NCBI GenBank assembly: GCA_013239625.1
Contig: MU053487.1
Location: 2,935,058 to 2,999,057 of the forward strand
Length of the DNA: 64,000 nt
Direction of reading: 5' to 3'
Origin: Lama guanicoe
Lineage: Eukaryota
Made by a program: the position numbers and the translations under genes. Under the pieces are notes generated by a model. The model was not told the origin of the DNA and did not search any database. It saw only the letters and a list, made by a program, of their open reading frames with translations. Below, one piece after another: positions 52,157 through 64,000 of the stretch (its first letter is position 1; the number at the start of each line of letters is the position of its first letter).

Positions 52157-53455
52157 AACTTTCCAGGAAATAATTATAACCTCACAGGCAGTTGAAAAAT
52201 AATATAGAGAAGTCTCAGGTACTGTTCACCCAGCTTTCCCCAATGGTAACATCTGCAGAACTATAATATATAACAACATCAAAAAGGAGAAACTGATGTT
52301 GGTACAATCTGTGGATCTTATTCAGATTTCATCAGTTTTTATACATTCACTCATTTGTGTGTGTGCATGTGTGTGATCTATAGTTTTATGCACTTTGATC
52401 ACTTGAATAGACTTCTATAACCACTACTACAATCTACATTAATTACCACATTATGTTGTAATGTATGTTGAAAATAATATAAGGTTATGTGTTAATTATA
52501 TCTCAATTTTCAAAAGGATTTTAAAGATTAATCACCGCAGAGACTCCCTCAGGCTACCCCTCCCCCACCATCCATAACCACTAACAACTCAGTCTGCAGC
52601 TCTGTAATTTTGTCTTTTAGAGAATGTTTTCTGAATGGAATCATAGAATAGATAACTTTTTTTTTCCATTTGTAGTTTATAGTCAGAGTTAATTTCTAGT
52701 CGCAGAAATTGTTCCGTTTTTTTTTTTCTCTGCAGGCAGTACCCGTTTTACACATGTGTCTCCCATTCAAACGGCCGTGTGTGGAAAGCCCTCTTCAGCC
52801 AGGTGGGGAAAGTGGGAGGAGGGAACTGCTCAATTTCACTGAGCAAACGGAATGAATTTTCTCAGAGAAAATACATTTGGTAGTAAGTTTCCATAGGGGC
52901 ATTACTAGTATGCTGGTATTTCCCTGTAGCTACATTATGGATTCAGTAGAAAGTACTTTTCATAACATTGTTCCTGTGAGAAAACTTATTCCAAAGTTTG
53001 AACTGGAAAACAACCTGTTTCTTGGTGTTTGTAAACGTTGTGTTGGAATTTTGTGCCCAGACTTTGCTTTGCCAAACATCGTGTGGGCTTGGGGTAATTT
53101 TTATCTGAGATTGGAGAAACAAAAATATTTAAATTTCTTATAATTGTGGTAAAAAAAATAGTATATGAACTTTGAGTTTGGCCTTTTAACCCAAAATAAT
53201 TCTCTGGAGATCCATCCAAGTTGTTACAGGTAACAATAATGTGTTCCCTTTTATTTCTGTAGTATTTCACGGCATGGATGTACCACAGTTTGACCGTCTA
53301 CCTGCGGCAGGGCGTTTGGGTTGTTTCCAGTTTTTCGCGACTACAAATAAGGTTGTATTATGACATTCGTATTTCAGGGTGTGGTGGCACATAAGTTTTC
53401 ATTTCTCTGTGATGAGTGCCTAAAAGTGAGGTTACTGAGTTGTAAGGTAAGTATA
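52150..53455 (-). mobile_element. Old L1MC-type 3' end split by a ~500-bp insert (52660-53157)
   Basis: ttcacccagctttccccaatggtaacatc...gaatggaatcata [insert] ...tttggcctttt...attctctggagatccatccaagttg...catggatgtaccacagtttg; the two halves are collinear. Confidence 0.7.
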
Positions 53456-54462
53456 TATCTTACCTCGTGCAGCCACAGAACTGAGGTTGCCAGAAGTCAG
53501 CCTCAGAATCCTGTGGGTCGTCGACTTGTAAAATCCATTCAGTGCACCGATTATCTGATCCCTTATGTGACACGCAGGGCATTGATGAGGCATGGGCGAG
53601 GGAATGAGTGGGACCCACGAATTGCAGTGGGGACGTTTGGGAAGAATCCACGAGCCTCCTTTGTTCCTGCCCAGTGAGGTTGTTCCTGCCCTACTCAAAG
53701 ACCTGAAAATCACGATTTAATCACCTGAGGGGGAAGCCCTCTCTGTGCCCCACTCCCCCCAGCCCTTCAGATTTGCGGGAAAAGTCAGACCCACTGGGGA
53801 CCAGACACATGATCAAACCACAGAAGGAAAGGCCACATGATGGGGAAGGTGCAGCACCCAGCTTCCCTGGACTGTGGCACGAGGAGAGCCCAGCCACCTG
53901 GAGCAGGTAGGAAGGCCCTGGGAGACGCTGCTTTGTCAAAAAAAATCAGTGCTGAAGAAGAGCTAACGTGTTTAGACATAAGGGTGGGAGATCTGTGCAA
54001 CCTGAGCTAAGTTTGGGGATCAATTAGTGAGAAAAATAGAGAAAATTAAGTAAAAGGGGAAAGAAAAGACCATTATTATTTCAGGGGGAACAAAAGTTGC
54101 ATCTGGCCTCAAGCCCCCGCCTCCAGCTTGCACGGTTTTTGAAGAAACTCCTGATGGTCACGGCTCGCACTGTAAGTTATCGTGTATCAGCCCAGAAGCT
54201 CCTTGTGAGCTTGGGTGGGGAAGTATGTCCACCAAGGGAGGGTGCAGGGCCTCCTGGAGTAACAGCCCACCTCTCAGCAGTCTGCAGCAGGGCTCTGTGA
54301 CCAGGGCCACCGACAATAACCATCCATATAATCATACACATAGTGTTAAGAGGGCTTGGAATCAAAGGGTTTGCCCACGCGGGTAGATCAGGGAAGGTTC
54401 CGCAGCACCTCACCATTGACATTCTGAGTTAACTGGAAGGAAAGCAAAGAATCTGGCTGCTG

Positions 54463-54480
54463 GCTGCCCCCTGGTGGTCA
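54463..54480 (-). promoter_or_regulatory. CTCF consensus motif
   Basis: Minus strand reads TGACCACCAGGGGGCAGC, a near-perfect CTCF core. Confidence 0.65.
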
Positions 54481-57400
54481 GGATGCATCAGGACAGCCTT
54501 TCTAACAACTGCTTAGAAGGTATATGGAGATTTTTGGTTATTTATGAGAACAGAACATTTAACTTCCTAAAACGTCAATGAAGTAGAGCTGAGGGGCAAC
54601 AATAATCAAGAGATTAAGTGAGGCAATTAGTGGGAATAATGAGGAAGGGGAAGAAAGCTAACATTGTTTAAAGACCAACAAAAAGACTTCAACCATAAAC
54701 TTACAAAAGCAATGTTTAAATTGGGCATTGGTTTCAAGTCGCAGAACTATTGAGAAATTGAGAATTATGATGAGGCATAGAACATGATCCTTACTGAAAT
54801 GGGGCTGTTCTCCGTGCACTGATTTGTTACCCGCTTCCCCCACTGCCCCTCCAAACCTGCATCATTGTCCAGCCCTGTAACAATGGGTGAAATGCCTTAA
54901 ATCTCTTGGCCACATTTTCTCTACAAGGTCATTGCAATTACTAGGAAAATTTAATTTGAGACACATCTTATAAAGGCAACAGGGATGAGCTTTGATTCTA
55001 AGTTGTTTATATTCTTCTTGTGGTGTTTAATACAGATTCTTTTCCATGTCTGTGTCTATGTATGTGTGTGTGAGTGCTTCACTGTATGCTCTGAGCCCAT
55101 GAGTTGAAAACACTTTTCTTTGTACCTAAGTATGTTTACTCTCAGGTGCTTTATGCTAAAGTTTTTTGAAAATTAATATTCTTCTGCGTTGACTATATGA
55201 CCTTGAACTGTGGCATACTGAATTAAAACACCAGTATTTGGCCTACCAAAAATGTTAAAATTTGTTATCGGATATCTGCAAGAGTGTAAAGCAGAATAGC
55301 TTGCCATTTGAGAATTTTTTGAAAGGAAGCTAATAATTCCAAAGAAACCAAAGCAATCCTGCAAAAAATTAATCTGTAAACCAAAAAGTAAAAGGACAAA
55401 AGAAACGTTATCGAGACATTCATCCATCCAAAGTAATATCTGCCACAGTGTTAGCTCTAATTGTTCTCTGGGTTCCCAAATTTAAAATATTTTGATAAAT
55501 GCTATGACAGACACAGATTCATCCATTTAATTTACTTGAGTAACAGCACTCAACTTAATACATTTTTTTTAAAATTCATTTCACATTGATCATATGCCAT
55601 GTACCAAAACCTATATAACATATAAGATCTATGTTATTCTCTGAAGATTTCCCTAGTTTGCATTTTAATATTTTAGAAGATCTAGCGAGAACCAGAGTTA
55701 ATCAATTCTTTCTTTGCAAACTTCCCTATTTCACCAGCTGAAATATTTCCTGTTTTTATCGTGAAACATTAGCATGGGAAGGGGGGCTGTATTCTGTGGC
55801 ATGGTTATCACTGTTTCATCTTGGAATTTGCTGTATTTCTCCACGGGGTGAAGTGGTTTATTGACTGTCAATTTGTAAAGTGCACTCTGGGATTATCTAA
55901 ATGCAAGATAGTAGGAGTGGAAACATATCTCATTGCCTTTTCTGTCAAATGGAACTAACATGCACAATAAATCATATTCTAGCAAGAGGGGATAAAATTC
56001 CAGCGAGTGACCTAGTCTCCATCACATGGTTGTCCACATGGAGTCCTGGCTGGATAACTTGTGTTCTCCAGGGTCTAATGGCTTCTTCTACTATCCCTTT
56101 AGTTTAATCGTTGTTTTTAGACATACGTGTTTGTGTGTATAGATGTATACATTCTATATGCATAGGTAAATATTTGGCTTAAAACCTACTCCTCTGAGTT
56201 AGGGAAGGAGAGAGACACAGAGAGAGAATTTCCCTCCCAGCCAGCCCCCATCCCCCAGTATCTTCCCCATGCCTCCTTCACCCCCAGCTAACCACTATTA
56301 TTTGTTTCTCATGAGTCCGTCCAGATTTTCTTTATGTGCATACAAACAAATGTGAATATGAATCTTTGTTTTTTTCTTTTATACATAAAGGGTAGCCTGC
56401 CAGTACACTGTTCTGCACTTTGTGTTTTTCTCATTTCCCAGAGAGCATCCTTATGCTATTTATTGCTGTATAGTATTCCATTATTCTAACGTGTGGATAA
56501 GCCATCAATGATATAATCAGCCCCCTTTTGAAATAAATATAATTTCTTTCCAACCTTTTATTATTATGACAATAAATAACTCTGTATATTGACATTTTGC
56601 CTGTGTGCAAACATACTTTAGGACAATTTTTTAGAAGTAGAACCATGAGAACAACCGATCTACACATTTGTATCTTGGACCAGTATTGCCAAGTTGCCCT
56701 CTGGAGGGGCTGTACCAGTGTACTCTCACCCATAATGTGCTGGTTCTACTTGAAGTGTTTTCAGTGGACTTGTGAAGAGAGAACACATTTTTATCATTTC
56801 TTGTCTCCTATCTATAAATACTCATTCCTTGAACAAATAATTATCTAGTGCCAACTGTGCCCTAAGCCCTTTTCTTAGGCCCTGGAGACACAGCCGTGAA
56901 CAAAACAGGCACACCTCTCTCATGACATTTCACTGTGAGACAGAAATAGATGGCTAAGGGTAGACATGATATATAACTTTCCCAATCATTTAAAGCCTGA
57001 GTCACCAACGCAGATGCCACGCAAGGAACTCAAATATGCGAAGAAAGTCAGGGGTGAGAGGTCAGAGGGAGGAGCGAGCACTGGGTAGTCCTGGCAACCA
57101 CAAGACCTGTGTAAAGGCTGCAGCTCCTGGTCTGCTCTTCACTGTTGGGTCACGTGGAAGGACAAGGTCCACGCTGATAGATTTTAAAAAAAAAAAAAAC
57201 ATTGTAAGCGTCTGCACCGTACAAGCAAAAACAAAACAGCAACAAAACATGTTTGCCACCAGCATGGGCCTGGGACCTGTATGTTGTCCCAGGGCTGCCA
57301 GTTTGCAGTCTCCAGTTTAGAGCTGTTTTCTTGAGTTGATTTCGAGTGAGATCTTGCTGAGAACAGCCATTCCCATGTCTGGAGAATGCTTTGCTGCACC

Positions 57401-59614
57401 TGGAACTTTTAAACGAGCCGACAAGGAAGCTACAGAGACAGCACTTATTTAAATAATCAATTTGGTAGTAAAGGAGTTTAAATCGGAACGCAGCCCCAGT
57501 TCTCAGAGATGAGGAAGAACAGGTGTGGTCCAGTCTTCCCCTCTCAGAAGTCCTGCATTTCATCAGCTGCCTTTGGAGAGGTGCAGGCAAGCAACCTTGC
57601 TTCCTGGTTTCTGGCGCCAGTTACACACAGCACTAGGAGGGTATCTAATAATCTTCCAGAACCCCACTGGTGAGGAAAATATGTTTGTATAAATCAAGGG
57701 AAAATAGAAATTGTAAAGCTGAATTAAGTTATGAAGGAAAAAACATGAGTTTCAATGTTGGAGAGGGAAATGTTGTTCTTGGCACTTCAAGCTTTTCTGA
57801 GTGCAGGACCTCCTTGAGGAGCCCCATGCAGCACATGAGATGGTCTCATCTGAGCGTGCAGCCCAGTCTGCCAGATCAGGATGCGTTAAATCAGTTTTCA
57901 GACTGAGCCCCGGGACGTTCCTGCCGCCTCTCCCTTTTCACTCTGTGATTTCACTTTCCTGATTAGTAAGTCCAAAGGCCAAGGAATACTAAACTGAGAG
58001 GAGGAGCCTCCCTGATGATCCAGCCATATAACAAGTAACTCAGAGCCTAGTGTAGGGAACAGCATTCTTGGCAGAGGAAACAGTATATGCAAAGGAGAGG
58101 CCTGATAGATGTGATACAACCTTGGGGCTGTGTCCTACTCTCTTGCCATTTTTCTCCTCATATCTCCCTTGGAGCAGTTCAGTGATATGCAGTCTGGAGT
58201 TGTGAGTTTTGCTTCCTGAAGACATGGAGGATGAGTGACTACAGATCTAGTAGATGGTGGGTCTCAGCCCTCAACAGCCAGAACACAGAAAAAGTGCCCA
58301 TCTTGGCCCGGGGTCATGTGGTATGTACCCCAGGTCAACACGTCTCCCCTCAAGACTGAGGAGGTCTTGTTAATTACTACATTGGTCCCAGAATACTTTT
58401 CTAGGTTTCTGCCATTGCCATCCCTTCTTCAGATAAACCAGGGGCAGTCATTCTCGGAGCCATCCTATTTATCTTGATACGCAACAGTGGCGGGAACTCA
58501 GAGTCAAGATCTGGACACCCTCCCAGCCCATAACTTGCTCTGGAATCTCAAGCAGATGCTTCCTGGACAGAAAGGAGCCCCAGACATGAAGGCTTCCGCT
58601 ACCATCTCAGCTCTGCACTTCAGCTGTGTGACAGAGCCTGCCTCTCAACGTCTCTGAGCCTGTTTCCTCATCTGTAAAATAGCATCATGAACTTCTGTCT
58701 CAGAGAGAGATTGTGAGAACTGGTGAAGGGGTTTCACGACAGTGCCTGACACACCTCCAGCTGCCTTAGACTCTTCCCCAAGCACAGGGGCTGGGATCTG
58801 GGGCAATTTCTACTCCTCAGGAAACACCAGCGACCCCCTCCACAGCCAGGTGGACCACAGAAGACCCCCTTCTGCCATCTGTGGACCAAGAGAACAAAGA
58901 GAAGCCCAGATTCTGTGTGCTATGGGGTTTTCTTCACTCCATCCAATCCAAACCAGGAAACTGCAAAGAGACCAATGGCTGGAAGACCAGGTTACATTTG
59001 AAATGATCAGAGTCCTTGAAGTTCTGCACTGGAGCATGACCGGGCCCAGGCTCCAGATCCACACCAGCCGTCTCCTCTCCTGACACACTGGGCCCCACGC
59101 CCACACTCATGGACTCTTCTCTCCCTGTGAATTCCAGCTGCATCCTTACGCTTCCCTCCCCTTCTTCCCCCCCTCCCTGCAGACAGCCACCCTTTGGCCA
59201 TTCCTCCCTCACCAATGATGAGGTCTGTCCCCAAGGAAGAGATTAGTGAAAAAAGGTATGCTGATCTTAGAGGTGGATTCAGAGCTGTTTGGGTAGGAAA
59301 TTCCAGGGTCCTGGGTGCCCCGAGTGTGTTCTAAAACAGGGCTGGTGGGGTGCATAGACCTCAGGTAGCCACATGCCTCGTTGTCTTGCAAATTCCTCAC
59401 CCCATGCAGGACGGGAAGGTGCACACGGGCTCGAATCAGGCCCTCTAAAGCACCAGACCCAGGGCAAGGGCTCCTCTCACTCAGTTCCAGGGGCAGGACA
59501 GGGACACGTGTGGACATCGATCTACAGGCAGCCTAACCATTGACTGGCCAGTGAGCTAGGAGGTGGAGCTCTACCCAGAGAGGATGAGTTAGCAGATTGA
59601 ACTGGCCGTGCTCT

Positions 59615-61120
59615 CTACCACCTTGCCGTTCTCCTGTCAAGACATGGAGTATCGTTCTCCTCCCCAAAACCTAGATGGGACTTTGTGGTTGCCATGGTGA
59701 ACAGAAGGCAGTAGAAGTGGCGCTGAGTAACTTCTGAGACTAGCTCATAATATGTGATTGGGCTCCTGCCTGGGGCTCATTCTCTGGGAGATCACTCACC
59801 GTGGCAACCCAGCCACCATGATATGAGGAAGCCCAGGCCACTGGAGAGACCATCGTTTTAAAATACGGGTTTTACCAACGTTCATAGCAGCATTATTTAC
59901 AATTGCCAATGTATGGAAGCAACCTAAGTGTCCAGCAACAGATGAAATGGATAAAGGAGATGTAGTAAGTATATATACAATGGAATACTACCCAGCCATA
60001 AAAAAGAATGAAATTTTGCCATTTGCAGCAACATGGATGGACTTGGAAGGTAAGTGAGATAAGTCAGAGAAAAACAAATGATGATATCACTTATATGTGG
60101 AATCAAAAATACAACCAACTAGTGAATAAAACAAAAAAAGAAGCAGACTCATAGATACAGAGAACAAACTAGTAGTTACAAGGGGTGAAGGGGAAAGAGG
60201 GAGGGGCAGTACAGGGGGAGGGGAGAAAAAAAGGATTTCTAAGAGATTATATGAAATCATGTATGTGAAACTTTTGAAAATGCTGAAGCACTATAGAATT
60301 TAAAGACTTCCGTTCAATTAAAAAAAAAGAAGACTAAAATGGGTCTTATTTTATTCAGGTATGAGGAGGCCAGCAGATCAAAGATGACTGCCATGGAAAA
60401 GATAGTTTGTTATACTCAGAGTTTCCAAGAGAAGAGTGTGCACCAGGCCATGGGGAGGAGGGGGGTTGGGGGAGCACACGGGAAGCACCAGCGTTGGTCA
60501 GAAGGCAGAGGGAGAAAGGGAAACTGTAACCAGAGACTTTACTGCGGTTTCCATGGAAACGGGTGCGGCAGGGTTAGCAGGTTTTGGATTGGCTAGTTAG
60601 AATAATTTCAGTTGTCTCTGGGGTACAGGGACTATCCCCCATTGTCTGGTACCTGGCCCTATGGTGATTAGGAAAATAGCCACCTGGAGTGTAACAGCCC
60701 GGGTTTCTGGAGGTGGCTAGGGGGATGGGCTCTGGACTGATTGGTTTGCACATGAAAGACATGTTTCCTCTAGGAATGAGGTAGCCCTGCGATGGGTAGT
60801 TGCTCCAGAGTCAGCAAGGCCCCAAGGTGTCAAAACATCAGAGCACAATAAATAAAAGACATGGCTAATAAAGGCATCTGTAGGTTTTCCAGCCAACAGC
60901 CCACAGGTCTCAGCCTACAGCTGGCATCAGTTGCAACGTGAGAAAGCGCAAATCAGAAGATTCAGGCTCCCTCCTTCAAACAGCCCAGCTGACACCATGT
61001 AAGGCAGAGACAAGCAACACCTGTCAAGTCCTGCCCAAATTGTAAGTCACGTACGAAATGTTTTTTTTTTAATCATTAAGATTTAGAGTAATTTTTTATA
61101 CAACTGTAGTAACTTGAACA
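59615..61120. mobile_element. Nested repeat block: MLT1-like LTR interrupted by a second LTR, itself interrupted by an L1 3' end
   Basis: MLT1-like halves at about 59615-59852 and 60875-61120; LTR-like sequence at about 60335-60870; L1 between. Confidence 0.6.
59872..60333 (+). mobile_element. LINE-1 3' end
   Basis: gttcatagcagcattatttacaattgcc...atggaagcaacctaagtgtcca...aatggaatactac...gcagcaacatggatggacttgga, ending in an A-rich tail. Confidence 0.9.
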
Positions 61121-61699
61121 ATGGTAATGAATGAAGCCAAACAGATTCTGGCTCTCCAGAATTTAAACTGGGACTTAATGAAAATCAGTGAGTTGCTAGC
61201 AAGAGACAAGTGGTCAGACCCTAAGAGAAGCAGCAATGGAAGATCCAGCTGAGGCATGTTCACAACAGATGGCTTACTCTGGAATAACAGGAGTGCTGGG
61301 CTGGTGTGGCCCTGGTCCTGAATGATGATCTAGTTTCCCGAGGTCAGCAGCGGGACCTTGTCCTCCCTGAGGCCTTTGGGTGGTGAGTTTCTCCCGGGTC
61401 TGTACTGAGTTCCTTGGGTGGGGCAGAGACCCTGCTCTGAGACCCTTGTGCTGAGACTAAGAGTCTCCATTCCTTGCAGCCAAGGAAGCCTCTCACCCCT
61501 GGGGGCATGTGGTGCCAGCCAAAGCTGGGCATATAGTAAGCAAGCAGGACGGGGAACCCACCCACCTTCATTTCTCCTGCCACGAGCCATCGAGGGCCTT
61601 GTAGGGACAGAAAATGTTAAAGAGCTTCGTGACGCTCAAGGTCTGGCCAAATCCAGGTGGCTAGCATTTTCATTTCTCCAAAATATTTTACTGTTAATA

Positions 61700-61935
61700 T
61701 TTTTTAAGATTTTTTAATTGAAGTATAGTTGATTAACAATGTCGTATTAGTTTCAGGTGTACAGCATAGGGGTTCAGTATACACATATGTTCTTTCTCAG
61801 GTTCTTTTCCATTATAGGTTATTACAAGGTATTGAATACAGTTCCCCGTGCTCTACACAAGGACCTTGTTTATCTATTTTATATATAGTCATGTGTATCT
61901 GTTCATCCCAGATACCTAATTTATCCCTCCCTCCT
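61700..61935 (-). mobile_element. 5'-truncated LINE-1 3' end
   Basis: tttttaattgaagtatagttgattaacaatg...ttcaggtgtacagc...ttcttttccattataggttattacaagg; degenerate TSD actgttaatatttt / acttttagtatttt. Confidence 0.8.
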
Positions 61936-64000
61936 GACTTTTAGTATTTTAAAAATAATTTTAATCGTCAAAAAATGCCCAGAAATTTCACTTCTTTATC
62001 TCCAAGCTCAGACCAGGACAGGTGCCCCCTTCTGGTTTGCACTCATTCCAGAACCTTCTGGCAACAGACCATCATCTGCATGTCCCTGCCTGCAAAGGCA
62101 AGGCCCAGAGAGAGGGAGCGCTTGTCTATGGCTTCTTTCAGTAGAGACAGGGCCTCCTCAGCCGGATCCCTCTCCTCCCCTCCCCGTACCTCCCTCTCCA
62201 CCCGCCCCAGCCCAGCACTCAGGTGTGGAGCGCAGGGGGCGCCTGCCACGGCCCTGAGTGGCTTTAGCAGTGTGGGGGGGACATCAGTGTGGAAGGACAA
62301 AGGGAGGCAGGTGTATCTGACTGACTTGTGTGAGTGTGTATGTGTGTCTGTGTGTGTGGAAGTGGCTGGGATGGGGAGAGGGGAGGAAGCGTGGAGTCAG
62401 GAGATGGGCGGATTTATTGAGATCTTATATACTTTTCCTCCCTATATTCACCACTCCTCCAGTTCCAAAGGGGGCAGCCCAGCCCTCTCTCCACACAGGC
62501 CTCTGGGGAAAGTTTTGTGAAAAATAGAAAGTGCCTGCAGATGCTCCCGTGCTCTCACTAGCATCCATGCACTTGAGGGAGGGTTCAAGACCAGGAGGGC
62601 AGGAGGCCGGGTTGGAGGGCACAGGGTAGGAGCGGGGTAGTACTTGGCAGGGTTGGGCCTTTAGTTATGAAAATTTTTGTATTTGGACTAGGTGTATGTT
62701 TTTAAAGTACCGCCTAAAACTGACATAAATTACTGAATTTTTTTTTTTAAAGGAGGGCAGGAGGGTAAGGGAGGACAGTGCCAAGGTGGGAGAAACCAGC
62801 CCAGGCAGAGACAGCCTGGTTACGTGTGTGCCCTATGTCCTGACATGTTATCTGAGCCTGTGTACGAATGAGCTGGCTCCTGTGTGTGCCAAGACGTGTG
62901 TCTGTGACCAGACCTGCCCATGAAATATGTCATGCCACAGACTGGGGGTGTGTCTGTTCTGTCCACCTCTGCTGACTCTGCCTTGGCAACCGCAGGCACC
63001 TGTGACTGGGCCGAAGCCGGGGGCTGCGGAACCTGGGTGAGAGAGCCCAGAGGCCAGCAGCCAGGAAAGAGCAGCCTCCACCAGCCTGGCCAGGTGACAC
63101 CTAGTGCCCGACCGAGGGGAGACATCGAAGGGACCATCCACATGGGGGCTAGAAGGGTAGGGGCTCATCTCAGGGGGTTCATTGCCTCCAGAGTCACCGA
63201 ATCAACTTGGGACTCTGACTCTCTGCCCCTTCAAGAGTCAAAGCCACTCTTGCCAGTGAGCTAAGGGCACACGGGGCTACCCTGCCCACTCTGCCCCCAT
63301 AGCTCTTCCTTTGTAACAAGGTTGCAGGCTGAGGCCAGGTCCTCCCCACACTCAGAGCTCCAGGAAGGACCTGAATGCAGGGCTGTATCACTTCAGTCCA
63401 TCCAACTTCTCTGGGTAGGGCAGGTCTGGAATTTTGGAGGTAGAGGGGAAGTGGCTAGGGTATCCTCTTCCAGGAAGGCTTCTTGGATTTCTGGGTACAC
63501 TGAGGATGCAACATCTCAGCCCCAAAGCCCCAGAGTCTCTCTCTGTCTTGCTCTCAAATTCCCCAAACACTCCATGACCATCAGCTTTACTCCAAGTGTC
63601 CTGTTCCATCTGTGCTCAGGTCCTCTGGCTAGCTGCCCTTTTCTCCTCACCAGTAGCCAGCATTCACTCTGCTATTTCATCTCCTACTCCAAGACTGGTG
63701 CCAAGTGGAACACATCACTCTTAATTCCCCTGTTCTCCACTCCAGACAAGCACACAAGCCCTCACATTCCTGAGGGATTTTCTGCTAATACCCTAGGGAA
63801 AGCTGAACAGACATGCACATCACAACAGCCAGGTGACGTGTGGGACACAACTCAGCCCGCTCTGGTTAGAGTACCTCAGGGAGCTGGCAGGGAGAGAGGC
63901 CAGCTTCCGTACCCACTGGGCATGTGGAAAGGACCTCACAACATGGGGGCCACCAGAGGGCGGGCTACAACTACTGGACCACTGGCCCATCAGGGGGCCT

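Noticed and set aside
61975..62520. 181-aa ORF, and similar long GC-rich ORFs such as 18422-18964 and 15096-15602
   Set aside because: Low-complexity Ser/Pro/Gly-rich translations, no recognisable domain and no supporting splice structure.
1..64000. CRISPR arrays, rRNA, operon-like systems, CpG-island promoter
   Set aside because: None seen. The sequence is CpG-depleted mammalian intronic and intergenic DNA, and neither the ITGA9 promoter nor the next gene's start is in the window.

Overview
Mammalian genomic DNA, most likely a camelid (four tRNA-derived SINEs of the camelid Vic-1 type). The window holds the last five coding exons of ITGA9 (integrin alpha-9) on the + strand (7925-8050, 9785-9904, 13623-13724, 26962-27081, 38719-38817). 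All are phase 0 with canonical AG/GT and encode the membrane-proximal ectodomain, TM helix and GFFRR cytoplasmic tail. A 3' UTR with proximal and distal poly(A) signal candidates and about 20 kb of repeat-rich intergenic DNA follow. Almost all ORFs in the supplied track are spurious. The most interesting extras are: a decayed POGK/pogo-type DDE transposase (about 6.2-6.6 kb); two orphan retroposed 3'-UTR-like inserts, one with a perfect 19-bp target-site duplication; a 20-bp intronic hairpin; several CTCF-like motifs; and two clusters of phase-compatible minus-strand exon-like segments (about 48.3-49.5 kb and 54.5-55.4 kb) that may be relics of a lost antisense gene or exons of an antisense transcript. 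That last idea is a hypothesis only. Repeat family names and boundaries were assigned by eye and are approximate.
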